From an uncultured delta proteobacterium (GTDB lineage Bacteria > Desulfobacterota > Binatia > DP-6): DNA of 64,000 nucleotides. Numbering within the stretch: position 1 is the first letter of the stretch; the number at the start of each line of letters is the position of its first letter. The translations under genes were made by a program, and so were the position numbers. Below the pieces are notes generated by a model. That model was not told where the DNA came from. It was given only the letters and a program-made list of their open reading frames with translations, and searched no databases. Location: the NCBI GenBank assembly GCA_963815115.1, contig CAWFFN010000012.1, positions 576,001-640,000 of the forward strand. Direction: 5' to 3'. Below, in pieces: positions 38,134 through 48,468 of this stretch.

Positions 38134-41100
38134 ATGCATCGCGAACGCTTGATCTTGCACTTGCGCAGCCTTCTCCTGGCTGCACTGCTACCTGTAGGCC
38201 TCGTCTCTCCGCTGTACGCCGCGGTGCCAGCGGGCTTCCAGGACACCACGATCGCGTCCGGGCTCTCGCAGCCAGCGGGCATGGCGTTCGCGCCCGATGG
38301 GCGCCTGTTCGTCGTAGAGAAGACCGGCGATCTCCGTATCGTCAAGAACGGCGCACTCCTCGCGACGCCGTTCCTCGACGTCACGCAGGTCGCGCAGTTC
38401 GACGACTTCTCCGAGCGAGGATTGCTCGGTGTCGCCTTCGATCCCGGCTTCCCCGCGTCGCCGTTCGTCTACGTCTACTACACGGTGTGCAAGGTTCCCG
38501 GATCGGGATCCTGTCAGACTGCGAAGAACCGCGTGGCTCGCTTCACGGCCGGCTATCAGGGGAATCCCGATCGCGCCGATCCGACGAGCCAGGTCGTTCT
38601 CCTCGACGACATCGACTCCGACGCCGGCAATCACAACGGCGGGTGGTTGGACTTCGGTCCGCTGGACGGCAAGCTGTACGTCTCTACTGGAGATGGAGGC
38701 TCCGTCCACACGAAGTCGCAGGACGTGAGCTCGCTCAGCGGCAAGATCCTGCGGTTGAATCCCGACGGAACCGTGCCCTTCGACAACCCCTTCGTCGGTC
38801 TCTTCGGCGCCCGTCCGGAAGTGTATGCGCTCGGCTTCCGGAATCCCTGGCGCTGCCGGTTCCATCCCGACGGCCGCCTCTTCTGCGGTGACGTCGGGGA
38901 GAACACCTGGGAGGAGATCGACTGGGTCGTGCCGGGCGGCAACTACGGCTGGCCGACCACCGAGGGCGACTTCAATCCCGCCACCTACCCGGAGTTCGTC
39001 CGGCCCATCGCGACCTACAGCCACGCCAGCGTCGGCGGTGGCGCATCGATCACGGGCGGCGACTTCGGCTCCGAGACGAATTTCCCCGGCGACTACCAGC
39101 AGAGCTACTTCTTCGGCGACTACGTCGTGGGATTCATTCGCCGGGTGATTCTCGGCGCCGACGGCGTCAGCGTCATCGGATCGGCCGCCGGCTTCGCGAC
39201 CGTGCAAGGGGTGACGGATCTGATCGCGGGTCCGGACGGGGCACTCTACTACTGCGACCTCCTCGGAGGGGGCATTCATCGCATCGCGACGACCGGCTCG
39301 AACCGCCCGCCGGTCGCGCGCGCCACGGCGACCCCGTCGCAGGGCCCTCCGCCACTCACCGTCCAGTTCTCGAGCGCCGGATCCACCGACGCCGACGGCG
39401 ACCCGATCAGTTTCCTGTGGAACTTCGGCGACGGCACCCCGACCTCGACGGCAACCGCACCGACCCATACCTACGGCGCGCTGGGCGAGTACACCGCCAC
39501 GCTCACGGTGAGCGACGGGCGCACGCCGACGCCGGGAACCGACACGACGACCCTCCCGATCACGGTGGGCACTCCTCCCGTCGTGACGATCACCCAGCCC
39601 GCGCCGAGCTCGCCCTTCCAGGGCGGTCAGACGATCACGATCGCCGGCACCGCCACCGACGCCGAGGACGGCGTGCTGCCAGCGTCGGCGCTGGTGTGGG
39701 AGGTGCGCTTCCAGCACGACACCCACTGGCATCCCTACCTGAGCGACGTCGCCGGCTCTCCCCAGTCGTTCGTCACCGCGACGACCGGCGAGACGTCGGC
39801 GAACGTGTGGTACCGTATCTTTCTCCGGGCGACCGACTCTGCGGGGCTCACGGGGGAGACCTTCGTCGACATCCTGCCGCGCACGGCGACGGTCCGGCTC
39901 GATACCACTCCGTCCGGGCTCCAGCTCACGCTCGACGGCCAGCCGGTGACGGCGCCGGCACAGTTCACCGGCGTCGTCGGCGTGGTACGGACGATCGGCG
40001 CTTCCTCTCCGCAGGGCCAGTACACCTTCAACCGATGGTCGGACGGCGGCGTCCAGGTGCACACGATAAGCACGCCGGCCTCCAACACCACGTACACCGC
40101 CATCTTCAACGGTCCCACGACGACCACGGTCGCGACCACGAGCACGACGAGGCCGCCGACCACCACGACCTCGACCTCGACCTCGACGTCGACGGTGCCT
40201 GCAACCTCGACCACCAGCACCGGAGCGCCGACGACCACGACGACGCTTGTGCCCCGCTTCGGCAACGCCACCGTCGGCAGCGCGACCAGCATCAACACGG
40301 CGGACTACGAGCGGGCGTCGCCCTTCACGCTCGGCGAGAGCGGGACGGTGACGCGCCTGGTGATCTACCTCGCGAGCCCCGCGGGTGGCACGCAGCGGAT
40401 GCAGCCGGTGATCTACCGCGACGCCGCCGGGAGCCCGGGGGCCCTTGCCGCCACGGGACCGGAGCGCGTCGTGACCGCGGCGCCCGGCGGCGAGTGGATC
40501 GGGCTGCCGCTGGCGTCCCCCGTGACGCTCGCACCCGGGACCTACTGGCTCGGGCTGCTCACCGGCGACACGAGCCAGGCGACGGTCCACTTCCTCGACA
40601 CCACGCCCGGATTGAAGGTCCACGCCTGGGATGCGTACAGCAACGGCCCCGCCGATCCCGCGCCTGCGGGTACGGTCGCAGCGGGGCCCATGTCGGTCTA
40701 TGCCGAGTACTCGCCGACGGCGGCCACGACCACCACCGCGCCGCCGACGACCACGACGACGTCCACGACACCGGCGACCACGAGTACGACGACGCCGCCG
40801 ACCACCACGACCTCGACGACGACGTCGACGGTGCCCACGACCTCGACCACCGGCACGACGGCGCCCACGACCACGACGACGTTGCCGCGCTTCGGCAACG
40901 TCGCGGTCGGCAGCGCGACGAGCATCAACACGGCGGACTACGAGCGTATGTCACCCTTCGCCCTCGGCGAGAGCGGGACGGTGACGCGCTTGGTGGTCTA
41001 CCTCGCGAGCCCGGCGGGTGGGACGCAGCGGATGCGGCCGGTGATCTATCGCGACGCCGCGGGCAGCCCTGGGGCACTTGCAGCCACTGGCCCGGAGCGG

Positions 41101-41913
41101 GTCGTCACGGCGGCGGCGGGCGGCGAGTGGATCGCGCTGCCGCTGGCGAGCCCCGTGACGCTCGCGCCGGGGACGTACTGGCTCGGCCTGCTCACCGGCG
41201 ACACGAGCCAGGCGACGGTGCACTTCCTCGGCACCACGCCGGGGCTGAAGGTGCATGCGTGGGATGCGTACGTCAACGGACCTACCGATCCCGCGCCCGC
41301 GGCCACGGTCGATGCGGGACCGATGTCGGTCTACGCCGAGTACACGCCGACGGCGGCCACGACCACCACCGTCCCGGTTACGACCACCACCGCACCGCCC
41401 ACGACCACGACGACGTCGACGGTGTCCGCGACCTCGACGACGCTGCCCCGCTTCGGCAACGCCACGATCGGCAGCGCGACCAGCATCAACACGGCGGACT
41501 ACCAGCGCGCGTCGCCCTTCGCGCTCGGCGAGAGCGGGACGGTGACGCGCCTGGTGATCTACCTCGCGAGCCCGACCGGCGACGCGCAGCGGGTACGGCC
41601 GGTGATCTATCGCGACGCCGCGGGGAGTCCGGGGGCGCTCGCGGCCACCGGCCCGGAGCGGGTGGTGACGGCGGCGGCGGACGGCGAGTGGATCGGGCTG
41701 CCGCTGGCGAGCCCCGTGAGCCTCCCGGCGGGGATATACTGGCTCGGCCTGCTCACCGGCGACACGAGTCAGGCGACGGTGCACTTCCTCGGCACCACGC
41801 CGGGCCTGAAGGTCCACGCGTGGGATGCATACGTCAACGGACCAGCCGATCCCGCGCCCGCAGCGACGATCGACGCCGGGCCGATGTCGGTCTTCGCCGA
41901 ATACACGCGGTAG
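38134..41913 (+). CDS. Secreted PQQ-dependent sugar dehydrogenase (GSDH) + PKD/Ig domains + three C-terminal repeats
   Basis: ERGLLGVAFDP, HNGG, GKILRLNPDG..P.DNPF, GFRNPWR, WNFGDG PKD, poly-Thr linkers. Confidence 0.9.
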   Translation: MHRERLILHLRSLLLAALLPVGLVSPLYAAVPAGFQDTTIASGLSQPAGMAFAPDGRLFVVEKTGDLRIVKNGALLATPFLDVTQVAQFDDFSERGLLGVAFDPGFPASPFVYVYYTVCKVPGSGSCQTAKNRVARFTAGYQGNPDRADPTSQVVLLDDIDSDAGNHNGGWLDFGPLDGKLYVSTGDGGSVHTKSQDVSSLSGKILRLNPDGTVPFDNPFVGLFGARPEVYALGFRNPWRCRFHPDGRLFCGDVGENTWEEIDWVVPGGNYGWPTTEGDFNPATYPEFVRPIATYSHASVGGGASITGGDFGSETNFPGDYQQSYFFGDYVVGFIRRVILGADGVSVIGSAAGFATVQGVTDLIAGPDGALYYCDLLGGGIHRIATTGSNRPPVARATATPSQGPPPLTVQFSSAGSTDADGDPISFLWNFGDGTPTSTATAPTHTYGALGEYTATLTVSDGRTPTPGTDTTTLPITVGTPPVVTITQPAPSSPFQGGQTITIAGTATDAEDGVLPASALVWEVRFQHDTHWHPYLSDVAGSPQSFVTATTGETSANVWYRIFLRATDSAGLTGETFVDILPRTATVRLDTTPSGLQLTLDGQPVTAPAQFTGVVGVVRTIGASSPQGQYTFNRWSDGGVQVHTISTPASNTTYTAIFNGPTTTTVATTSTTRPPTTTTSTSTSTSTVPATSTTSTGAPTTTTTLVPRFGNATVGSATSINTADYERASPFTLGESGTVTRLVIYLASPAGGTQRMQPVIYRDAAGSPGALAATGPERVVTAAPGGEWIGLPLASPVTLAPGTYWLGLLTGDTSQATVHFLDTTPGLKVHAWDAYSNGPADPAPAGTVAAGPMSVYAEYSPTAATTTTAPPTTTTTSTTPATTSTTTPPTTTTSTTTSTVPTTSTTGTTAPTTTTTLPRFGNVAVGSATSINTADYERMSPFALGESGTVTRLVVYLASPAGGTQRMRPVIYRDAAGSPGALAATGPERVVTAAAGGEWIALPLASPVTLAPGTYWLGLLTGDTSQATVHFLGTTPGLKVHAWDAYVNGPTDPAPAATVDAGPMSVYAEYTPTAATTTTVPVTTTTAPPTTTTTSTVSATSTTLPRFGNATIGSATSINTADYQRASPFALGESGTVTRLVIYLASPTGDAQRVRPVIYRDAAGSPGALAATGPERVVTAAADGEWIGLPLASPVSLPAGIYWLGLLTGDTSQATVHFLGTTPGLKVHAWDAYVNGPADPAPAATIDAGPMSVFAEYTR
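40255..41910 (+). repeat. Three intragenic ~455-bp repeats (about 40255-40710, 40888-41345, 41449-41910)
   Basis: RFGN.TVGSATSINTADY...GPMSVYAEY repeated three times. Confidence 0.9.
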
Positions 41914-41948
41914 ACCCTCGCGGCTGCCGCCGCGCTCCCGCCCCGACG

Positions 41949-42749
41949 CTAGGCGCCGGTGCGCTCCTTGAAGAACTCGATCACGCGCTGCTCGGCCCGC
42001 TTGGTAGGCCCCTCGGGATCGTCGTCCTTGAGATGGATGGTCAGCACCGAATGCGGCCTCATCCGTGGATCGTGCCTGGCGTCCGCCGGGTCGATCTCGA
42101 TGGCCTCGAAGCGCTCGCCGAAGGTGCGCTTGTAGGTGTCGAACCGCGCGCCGGGAACGGCGGCGTCTCCGTGGAAGCGGAGGCCGAGCAGGGACAGGTC
42201 CTCTGACTCGAAGCGCCGCTTCGCGCACGCGATCTCGTCGGGTGAGACGGCGATCGCCGGCTTGCGCCGGGCGCCGAGGGGGAGCGGCAGCGACGGCTGC
42301 GACAGCACGGGAGCGACCACCGCCGGCTCGGTCATCATGGCGAGCGCGAAGTTGCCCGTGAAGCACATGCCGACCGCGCCCACCCCCTTGCCGCCGCACT
42401 CGGCGTGGACCTTGCGGGCCAGGGCGCGCAGCCAGTCGACGATGGGGCTCGACTCGTCGGTCGCCCAGGCCCTGAACTCCCGGCTGATGCAGAGGGTCTT
42501 CAGTATCGTGCCGAGCACGTACCCCGTCGTGACCTCACGACCCGGCTCGCCGAAGAGGCTCGGACAGAACGCCGTCATGCCCGCCGCCGCCACCCGGTCG
42601 GCGAAGCGGACCACCAGCGGATGCAGCCCCGGCATCTCGTGGATGATGATCACCCCTGGACCCGTTCCCCTGCGGTAGACCGGCCGCGTCCAGCGGCCGT
42701 CGTCGAACGTGAACTTCTCGTACTCGGCGAGTGCACCTTCGCTCTTCAT
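41949..42749 (-). CDS. Dienelactone hydrolase family protein
   Basis: HEMPG, GMCFTG, HSVLT; GGAGG RBS. Confidence 0.9.
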   Translation of the reverse strand: MKSEGALAEYEKFTFDDGRWTRPVYRRGTGPGVIIIHEMPGLHPLVVRFADRVAAAGMTAFCPSLFGEPGREVTTGYVLGTILKTLCISREFRAWATDESSPIVDWLRALARKVHAECGGKGVGAVGMCFTGNFALAMMTEPAVVAPVLSQPSLPLPLGARRKPAIAVSPDEIACAKRRFESEDLSLLGLRFHGDAAVPGARFDTYKRTFGERFEAIEIDPADARHDPRMRPHSVLTIHLKDDDPEGPTKRAEQRVIEFFKERTGA

Positions 42750-42789
42750 GGCGGTCCACCTCCCGGATCGACCCTGAGGGCGCCCCGTA

Positions 42790-43118
42790 CCGCCGGAGCG
42801 CCTAGGAGGGCGACCCGAGACTTCGTCTCGGGTCGAAAGCGGAGGCGAGCGTGTGGCGTTCGGCGAATCGAGCGGGCGCCGTGCCGCGGCCGGCAAAGCC
42901 GGCGCGGCAAAACGTGGCATGCCCAAAGGCTCCGTCCCAATCCGTCCTCCGCCGACCCGAAGCATGCTGTTCCAGCTACGGGCTCGTCCTCCGGAAGGCT
43001 TGCCGCGGCGGCTTCGCCGCTCGGGGCACGACGAACGCACTGTTCATCGAGTCTGATTCTCGCCCTCCGTCTCGACCCGAGACGAGGTCTCGGGTCGCTC
43101 TCCTAGCCCGCCGCCGGC
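42790..43118. repeat. Inverted pair of ~60-bp REP-like elements with core palindrome CGACCCGAGAC-N3-GTCTCGGGTCG (42811-42835, 43073-43097)
   Basis: Direct inspection; third copy at 56370-56394. Confidence 0.75.
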
Positions 43119-43226
43119 GGGAGACGCAAGCAGGCCGATCCCCGGCCACCTCGCGGGCCTGCTGGGCGAGCAACGAACAATGTTCGACCCCTTTGAACAC
43201 CTCCCGGGCAAAGGGAGGACGCGACC

Positions 43227-46200
43227 ATGTCGTCGATCCGAACGTTCCGTAGCCTCGTGTCGCCTGTCATCGCGATGGCCGTGCTGGGCACGCCTGCTCG
43301 GGGGCATGGAAGAGCCGTCGTCTTCCCGCCCTGTCCCGCCGGGCGGTACCAGGTCGCGGGACCGGCGCTGGTCCCGGGTGGCGCGGCCGACGGGATGGAC
43401 GCGGTCGTGCTCGAGACGCCGGGCGACGGGGAGGGAACCGGCCCGCAGATCGCGATCGCCAGCGGCTGCCCCGACACCCCGGTCAGGCTCCGGGGGACGG
43501 TGAAGGGGACACGGCTCAGCGCCGTCTTCGCCTCGTGTCGTTCCCTCGGCAGTCGCGTGCGAGTGAGCGGGAAAACGGATGCCTCCTGCCAGACGCTCAC
43601 GGGAAAACTGAAGGCCAAGCGCCAGAAGACGCGCGCCTTCACCGCGACGCGCGTCGTCGGATTCGACGCCCGGGTCGTGGGCACGGTCTCCGCCGTCCAG
43701 GGGACGGCCTCGGTCCCGCTTCCGGGCGCCACCGTCTACCTCCGGGAGCACACGACGCACGCCCGCAACCCGCTCGGCGCCGTCACCGACGCCGGCGGCC
43801 GGTTCAGCCTGCCTCCGCAGCCGCCCGGCACCTACGACGCATGCGCCGAGGCGGCCGGGTTCGTTCCCACCTGCGACCCGACGCCCGTCGAGCTCGGGCC
43901 GGGTTCACCCGACTACAAGCATCGCGCGCTCCAGCTCCCGCCCGCCAGCGGCGCGATCCACGGCCACGTGCTGCTCGGCGATGGCAGCGCCTGCTACCGG
44001 GAGAACCCGGGCTACGACTCGCACGTCGCGGCCACGGTGAGACTCGGCTCTCGCGTCGTGACGGCGAACAGCAGCGGCGAATACGTCCTGACGGGCCTCC
44101 CCGGCGCCGGTGTCTACCTCATCGACGCGGCGTGCGCCGCGGCGTACGCCGCTCGCAGCGTCGAGGTCGGCGCCGGCCAGCTCTCGGGCGCGGTGCCGGT
44201 CGATTTCCGCATCGCGAACACACCGCCGACCATCATGCTGCTCTCGGCCAGCGACGCGAGCGGGCCGCTGCGCACCGGCATGCCGGGCGAGACCGTCACC
44301 GTCACCGTGCAGGCGACCGACCCCGACGGCGATGCGCTGCACTACGCGTGGCGCGACGGCAACGATCTCGTCGACTCGATCGACGGGCCGACCATCGCCT
44401 GGCCGCTGCTCGGCGTCGAGGCCGCCAATACCCTCAACGTGCAGGTGACGGACGGCAAGGGCGGCTTCGCCGAGCGCCAGCTCGTCGTGGGAACGAGCCC
44501 GACGGGCGACCGCTTCATCGGGACCGTCGTGGACGGCGCGACGGGCGCCGTGCTGCCGGGCGTGCAGGTGGACGTCGACGGGAGCGGCGCGACCACCGAC
44601 GAGGCCGGCGCGTTCCGCATCGCGGTGACCGAGGGCGAGCGCCACCTGCTCACGGTGCGCCACCCGGGCTACGCGCTGATCTCGCAGGTCCACCACGGCA
44701 ACGCGATCGGGCTCCGGCTTGGCCTCAGCCCCGCGAGGCGGACGCTCGTCGACCCGACGCAGGACATCGACCTCGCCGACGGCCGCAAGGGCGCGACCGT
44801 TCACATCGACGCCAACTCCCTGGTCGACGCGAAGGGCCGGAAGCCCGGCGGGCCGCTCACCATCGATCTCTCGACCTACGACCCGCTGCGGGGCGACGTC
44901 CCCGGCGACCGCGGCGCGCTCGACGCCGGCAGCCAGGTCATGATGGTCCATCACGTGCAGGCCATGTCCGTCGAGATCACCGACGCCGCCGGCGAGCGCT
45001 ACAACATCGCGCCCGGACATCGCGCGACGGTCGGCTTCCAGGCGCCGACCATCGCGTCGCTGCCGCGCACGCTCACGCTCTCGCACTACGACGAGGCGAG
45101 CGGCCAGTGGGCCGAGGCGGGCCAGGCGAGCCGGCGCGGCGCGCGCTACCTGGCGTCGGTGCCCAGCTTCTCGTCCTGGGATCTCGGCAAGTACGCCGGC
45201 AACGACACGGGGTGCATCCGTCTCTTCGCGGACGACACCGAGTTCGAGCGGCCGTTCCACCTGCGCGTCGGCATCAGGCCCGACCAGGTTCACGAGGAGA
45301 TCGTCGGCGACTACACGGTCACGGACCCGCTCAACGTCATCTACGGGCTGCCGGTGAACACCGAGGTCGTGCTCCACGTGAGCCCGCAGAGCGATCCGGA
45401 GCACGAGATCCAGGTCCTCACGACCAACTCCGGCCCGCTCGCCTTCCAGTCGCTTCCGCCATATCCCTACGCGGGCTGCTTCCCGGTCCAGCTGAAGACG
45501 TTCCTGCCGACGGACACCTGGCTCAACCGCTACGGCTTCGGCAGCGATGCGGATGCGGAGAAGTACTACGCGGAGATCGGTGCGCGTCCCGACAAGGACA
45601 CGTTCAAGAAGTGGCGCGCCGCGAACGGCTTCCAGCCCGGCGACTCGACCACCGACGTCGTCTTCTTCAACCCCAACGAGATCGGGCTCGGCCGGCGCGC
45701 GAACTGCCATCAGACGCTGGCGGGCGGCGTGGTGTTCTACGTCGCCTGCTACGTCACCAAGTTCGGCCACGTCGGTGGCGCACCGGACGAGATGCTGGAC
45801 GACACCGCGGACTCCCTGAACCCCGGCGATACGGTCGCGATGGAGTTCAGCCCCGGGCCGAACGCGGGCCCGCGCTTCGCCAAGTTCTACGTCTACGGTC
45901 CGGACGGCAAGCTGAAGACCCACACTGCCTTCGATCCCGAGGGGGACATCAAGCACGTGCCCAACGTCTGCCTGCACTGCCATGGCGCGTCGGATCTCGG
46001 TGGCGGCGGCAACTACGACCACAACGGCGACCGCAACGCGCGGTTCGTCACGCTGGATCCACAGGCCTACAAGTTCCCGGCGTCGGGACCATACACCCTG
46101 GACAACCAGCAGGAGCGCTTCCGCGAGCTGAACGCCATGATCTCGTACGCGCACCGCCACGACGGGCCGGGATGGGAACTCATGGACTCGCTCTACCCGC

Positions 46201-47387
46201 AGGACGTCCACACCCCCGGCTCGAAGGCCGTCCCTGCGCCGCTGCCTGCGGCCTGGGCGGGCTATGACGACATCTACTTCAAGGTCGTCAAGCCGAGCTG
46301 CCGCACGTGTCACATGTACCAGGGAAACACCTGGAACTTCACCCAGCCGCTCGAGTTCGGCACCCTTCTCGGCGTGCAGGAGGTGTGCCAGGGGCAGATG
46401 CCGAACGCGCTCTCGCCGATGCTGCGGCTCTGGCGCACCTCGGACCCGCACCTCCCCGATCTCTTCGCCAACACGGTCGGCGGCTTCCACCCCTTCTGCG
46501 GCGTCGAGAACACGCTGCCCGCCGTCCAGATCGTCACGCCCGCCAACAACGCCAGCGTCGCCTACGGCGGTCTCGGCATGGTGCACTTCGAGGCCACCGC
46601 GAGCGACGCCGAGGACGGGCCGAGCTGCTGCAGCATCAAGTGGTCGACCGACGAGGGCGCGATGGGCTACGGCCGCGCGATCGACTACGTCTTCGCGACG
46701 CCCGGTGATCACATCGTGACGGTGTGGGCGACCGACAAGGACGGCGGGCGGCGCTCGGCGGCGATCCTGGTCACCGCCGGCAACGACCCGCCGACGATGA
46801 GCATCATCAAGCCCACGGCAGGGCAGCTCCTCTTCCCCAACGTGACGTACACGTTCTTCGGCTCGTCGTCCGACCTGAACGAGCCCTATTTGAACCTGCC
46901 GTGCAAGAACCTCCTCTGGATCAGCAGCAAGCAGGGCGATCCCGCCGGCTCGGGCTGCCAGCCGCAGTTCACCTTCAGCACCCTGGGCCCGCGTACGATC
47001 ACCCTCTACGGCATGGACTCGGACGGGGCCATCGGCACGGCGACGCAGACCTTCACGGTCGGGGTGCCGCCGGCGAACTCTCCGCCGATCGTCGTCATCA
47101 ACCAGCCCGGCGACGGGGACGTCGTCCAGCCGGACGACCTGGTGACGCTGTCGGGGAGCGCGATCGATCCCGACGGCCAGGTGACGCCGACCGTGGCGTG
47201 GACGGCGAAGATCGGTGCGGCGCCCGAGGTGCCGCTCGGCAACACGCCGGCCATCTCGTGGACGCCGAGCGATCAGGTGCCGAACGCGTGCAGCTTCGTT
47301 CAGGTCGTGCTCCGGCTCTACGCGACCGATCCGGACGGGACCAGCTCCGACGCGATCACGGTGTCGGTGCAGTATCCCGCCTGCTGA
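43227..47387 (+). CDS. Large secreted protein with carboxypeptidase-regulatory-like/Ig/PKD domains and two c-type heme motifs
   Basis: Signal-like N-terminus, TDAGGRFSL, ATDPDGDALHYAW, CLHCH, CRTCH, repeated Ig-like C-terminal domains. Confidence 0.85.
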   Translation: MSSIRTFRSLVSPVIAMAVLGTPARGHGRAVVFPPCPAGRYQVAGPALVPGGAADGMDAVVLETPGDGEGTGPQIAIASGCPDTPVRLRGTVKGTRLSAVFASCRSLGSRVRVSGKTDASCQTLTGKLKAKRQKTRAFTATRVVGFDARVVGTVSAVQGTASVPLPGATVYLREHTTHARNPLGAVTDAGGRFSLPPQPPGTYDACAEAAGFVPTCDPTPVELGPGSPDYKHRALQLPPASGAIHGHVLLGDGSACYRENPGYDSHVAATVRLGSRVVTANSSGEYVLTGLPGAGVYLIDAACAAAYAARSVEVGAGQLSGAVPVDFRIANTPPTIMLLSASDASGPLRTGMPGETVTVTVQATDPDGDALHYAWRDGNDLVDSIDGPTIAWPLLGVEAANTLNVQVTDGKGGFAERQLVVGTSPTGDRFIGTVVDGATGAVLPGVQVDVDGSGATTDEAGAFRIAVTEGERHLLTVRHPGYALISQVHHGNAIGLRLGLSPARRTLVDPTQDIDLADGRKGATVHIDANSLVDAKGRKPGGPLTIDLSTYDPLRGDVPGDRGALDAGSQVMMVHHVQAMSVEITDAAGERYNIAPGHRATVGFQAPTIASLPRTLTLSHYDEASGQWAEAGQASRRGARYLASVPSFSSWDLGKYAGNDTGCIRLFADDTEFERPFHLRVGIRPDQVHEEIVGDYTVTDPLNVIYGLPVNTEVVLHVSPQSDPEHEIQVLTTNSGPLAFQSLPPYPYAGCFPVQLKTFLPTDTWLNRYGFGSDADAEKYYAEIGARPDKDTFKKWRAANGFQPGDSTTDVVFFNPNEIGLGRRANCHQTLAGGVVFYVACYVTKFGHVGGAPDEMLDDTADSLNPGDTVAMEFSPGPNAGPRFAKFYVYGPDGKLKTHTAFDPEGDIKHVPNVCLHCHGASDLGGGGNYDHNGDRNARFVTLDPQAYKFPASGPYTLDNQQERFRELNAMISYAHRHDGPGWELMDSLYPQDVHTPGSKAVPAPLPAAWAGYDDIYFKVVKPSCRTCHMYQGNTWNFTQPLEFGTLLGVQEVCQGQMPNALSPMLRLWRTSDPHLPDLFANTVGGFHPFCGVENTLPAVQIVTPANNASVAYGGLGMVHFEATASDAEDGPSCCSIKWSTDEGAMGYGRAIDYVFATPGDHIVTVWATDKDGGRRSAAILVTAGNDPPTMSIIKPTAGQLLFPNVTYTFFGSSSDLNEPYLNLPCKNLLWISSKQGDPAGSGCQPQFTFSTLGPRTITLYGMDSDGAIGTATQTFTVGVPPANSPPIVVINQPGDGDVVQPDDLVTLSGSAIDPDGQVTPTVAWTAKIGAAPEVPLGNTPAISWTPSDQVPNACSFVQVVLRLYATDPDGTSSDAITVSVQYPAC

Positions 47388-47399
47388 CCGGCGGGTCGT

Positions 47400-48245
47400 T
47401 CACTTCGCCGGCGCGGGCTGTTCTCCGGGTACCGACACGCTCCCGAGGTGGATGTCCAGGTCACCGCGCGGCGCGGAGACCTCGAGCCGCACCGGAACCG
47501 GTGCCAGCCCGGGCCGGACCGGCATCAGCCAGGCGGTGATCCGGGTGAGCGCCTCGGTTCGCTCGTCCTTCGACTTCCAGAAGCCGGCGATGGCCCGGAT
47601 GTGGGACCGGCACACCCGCGCCAGGCCCCGGAAGGGGTCGCGGCGCGATGGCTCGAGGGTCCGCTCGCCGAGGTCCTCGTACACCGTGTCGTAGCGCCTG
47701 AGTCCGTCGAACACGTGCCGCGTGCCCGTGCAGCTCTCACCGTGCGCCAGATCGTGGGCCAGCGCGGTGATCTCGGTGAGGGGGTCGATCGTCCCGGCGC
47801 GCAGCTCGGGCGGTACCTCGTCGCGCTGGTAGCCCTTGCCGAGGACGTCGTTCGAGAACGCTTCGAGCCTGTCGACGACGGGGTCGGCGCCGTCGTAGCG
47901 CAGGTCGACCTGCTGCACCCGTCCGTGGAACTCGCTCCGGCTCTGGAAGCGGTCGGGGGCGAGGCGGCCATCGTCGATCCGGCCCTGCACCTCGGAGCGG
48001 TAGGTCCAGGGAAAGAGGGTGCCGATGAGGCCCACCGTCTCCATCGTGGAGTGGACGTCGTAGGCATCCCGGTCGATGCGCGAGCGTGACTCGATCGTGA
48101 GCACCCGGAGCAGCGAGTAGTAGACGTCGTAGCGGAGATCGAGATCGCTCTCGCTCGCCGCGCCGGCGGCTCCGCCTCTCCCCAGCACCAGCAGCGCCAG
48201 GACGATGGTGGCGATCCCCCGCGTCTTCACCCGGCGCGCCTGCAT
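47400..48245 (-). CDS. DUF3108 domain protein
   Basis: Signal peptide; GTIDPLT, VFDGLRRYD, PVPVRLEV motifs. Confidence 0.75.
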   Translation of the reverse strand: MQARRVKTRGIATIVLALLVLGRGGAAGAASESDLDLRYDVYYSLLRVLTIESRSRIDRDAYDVHSTMETVGLIGTLFPWTYRSEVQGRIDDGRLAPDRFQSRSEFHGRVQQVDLRYDGADPVVDRLEAFSNDVLGKGYQRDEVPPELRAGTIDPLTEITALAHDLAHGESCTGTRHVFDGLRRYDTVYEDLGERTLEPSRRDPFRGLARVCRSHIRAIAGFWKSKDERTEALTRITAWLMPVRPGLAPVPVRLEVSAPRGDLDIHLGSVSVPGEQPAPAK

Positions 48246-48468
48246 CCCGGTGCCGAGTCTTCCCGGCCCGGGGCAGGCTGGCAACCCTCGATGTGCCCCG
48301 CCGGGGTGAAGGGCGGTGGCCGACCCTCGCAGAGGCCTGGGTGCGGCGCCTGCCGTCGGAACGAAGTTCCCCATCGCATGAAGATGGGATGGCCGGCCGC
48401 TTCGGCTGGATGGTAGCACCCAGAATCGTCGTCAGGGAGGGCCCTCGGCCCCGGGAGGTCTCAATTCA

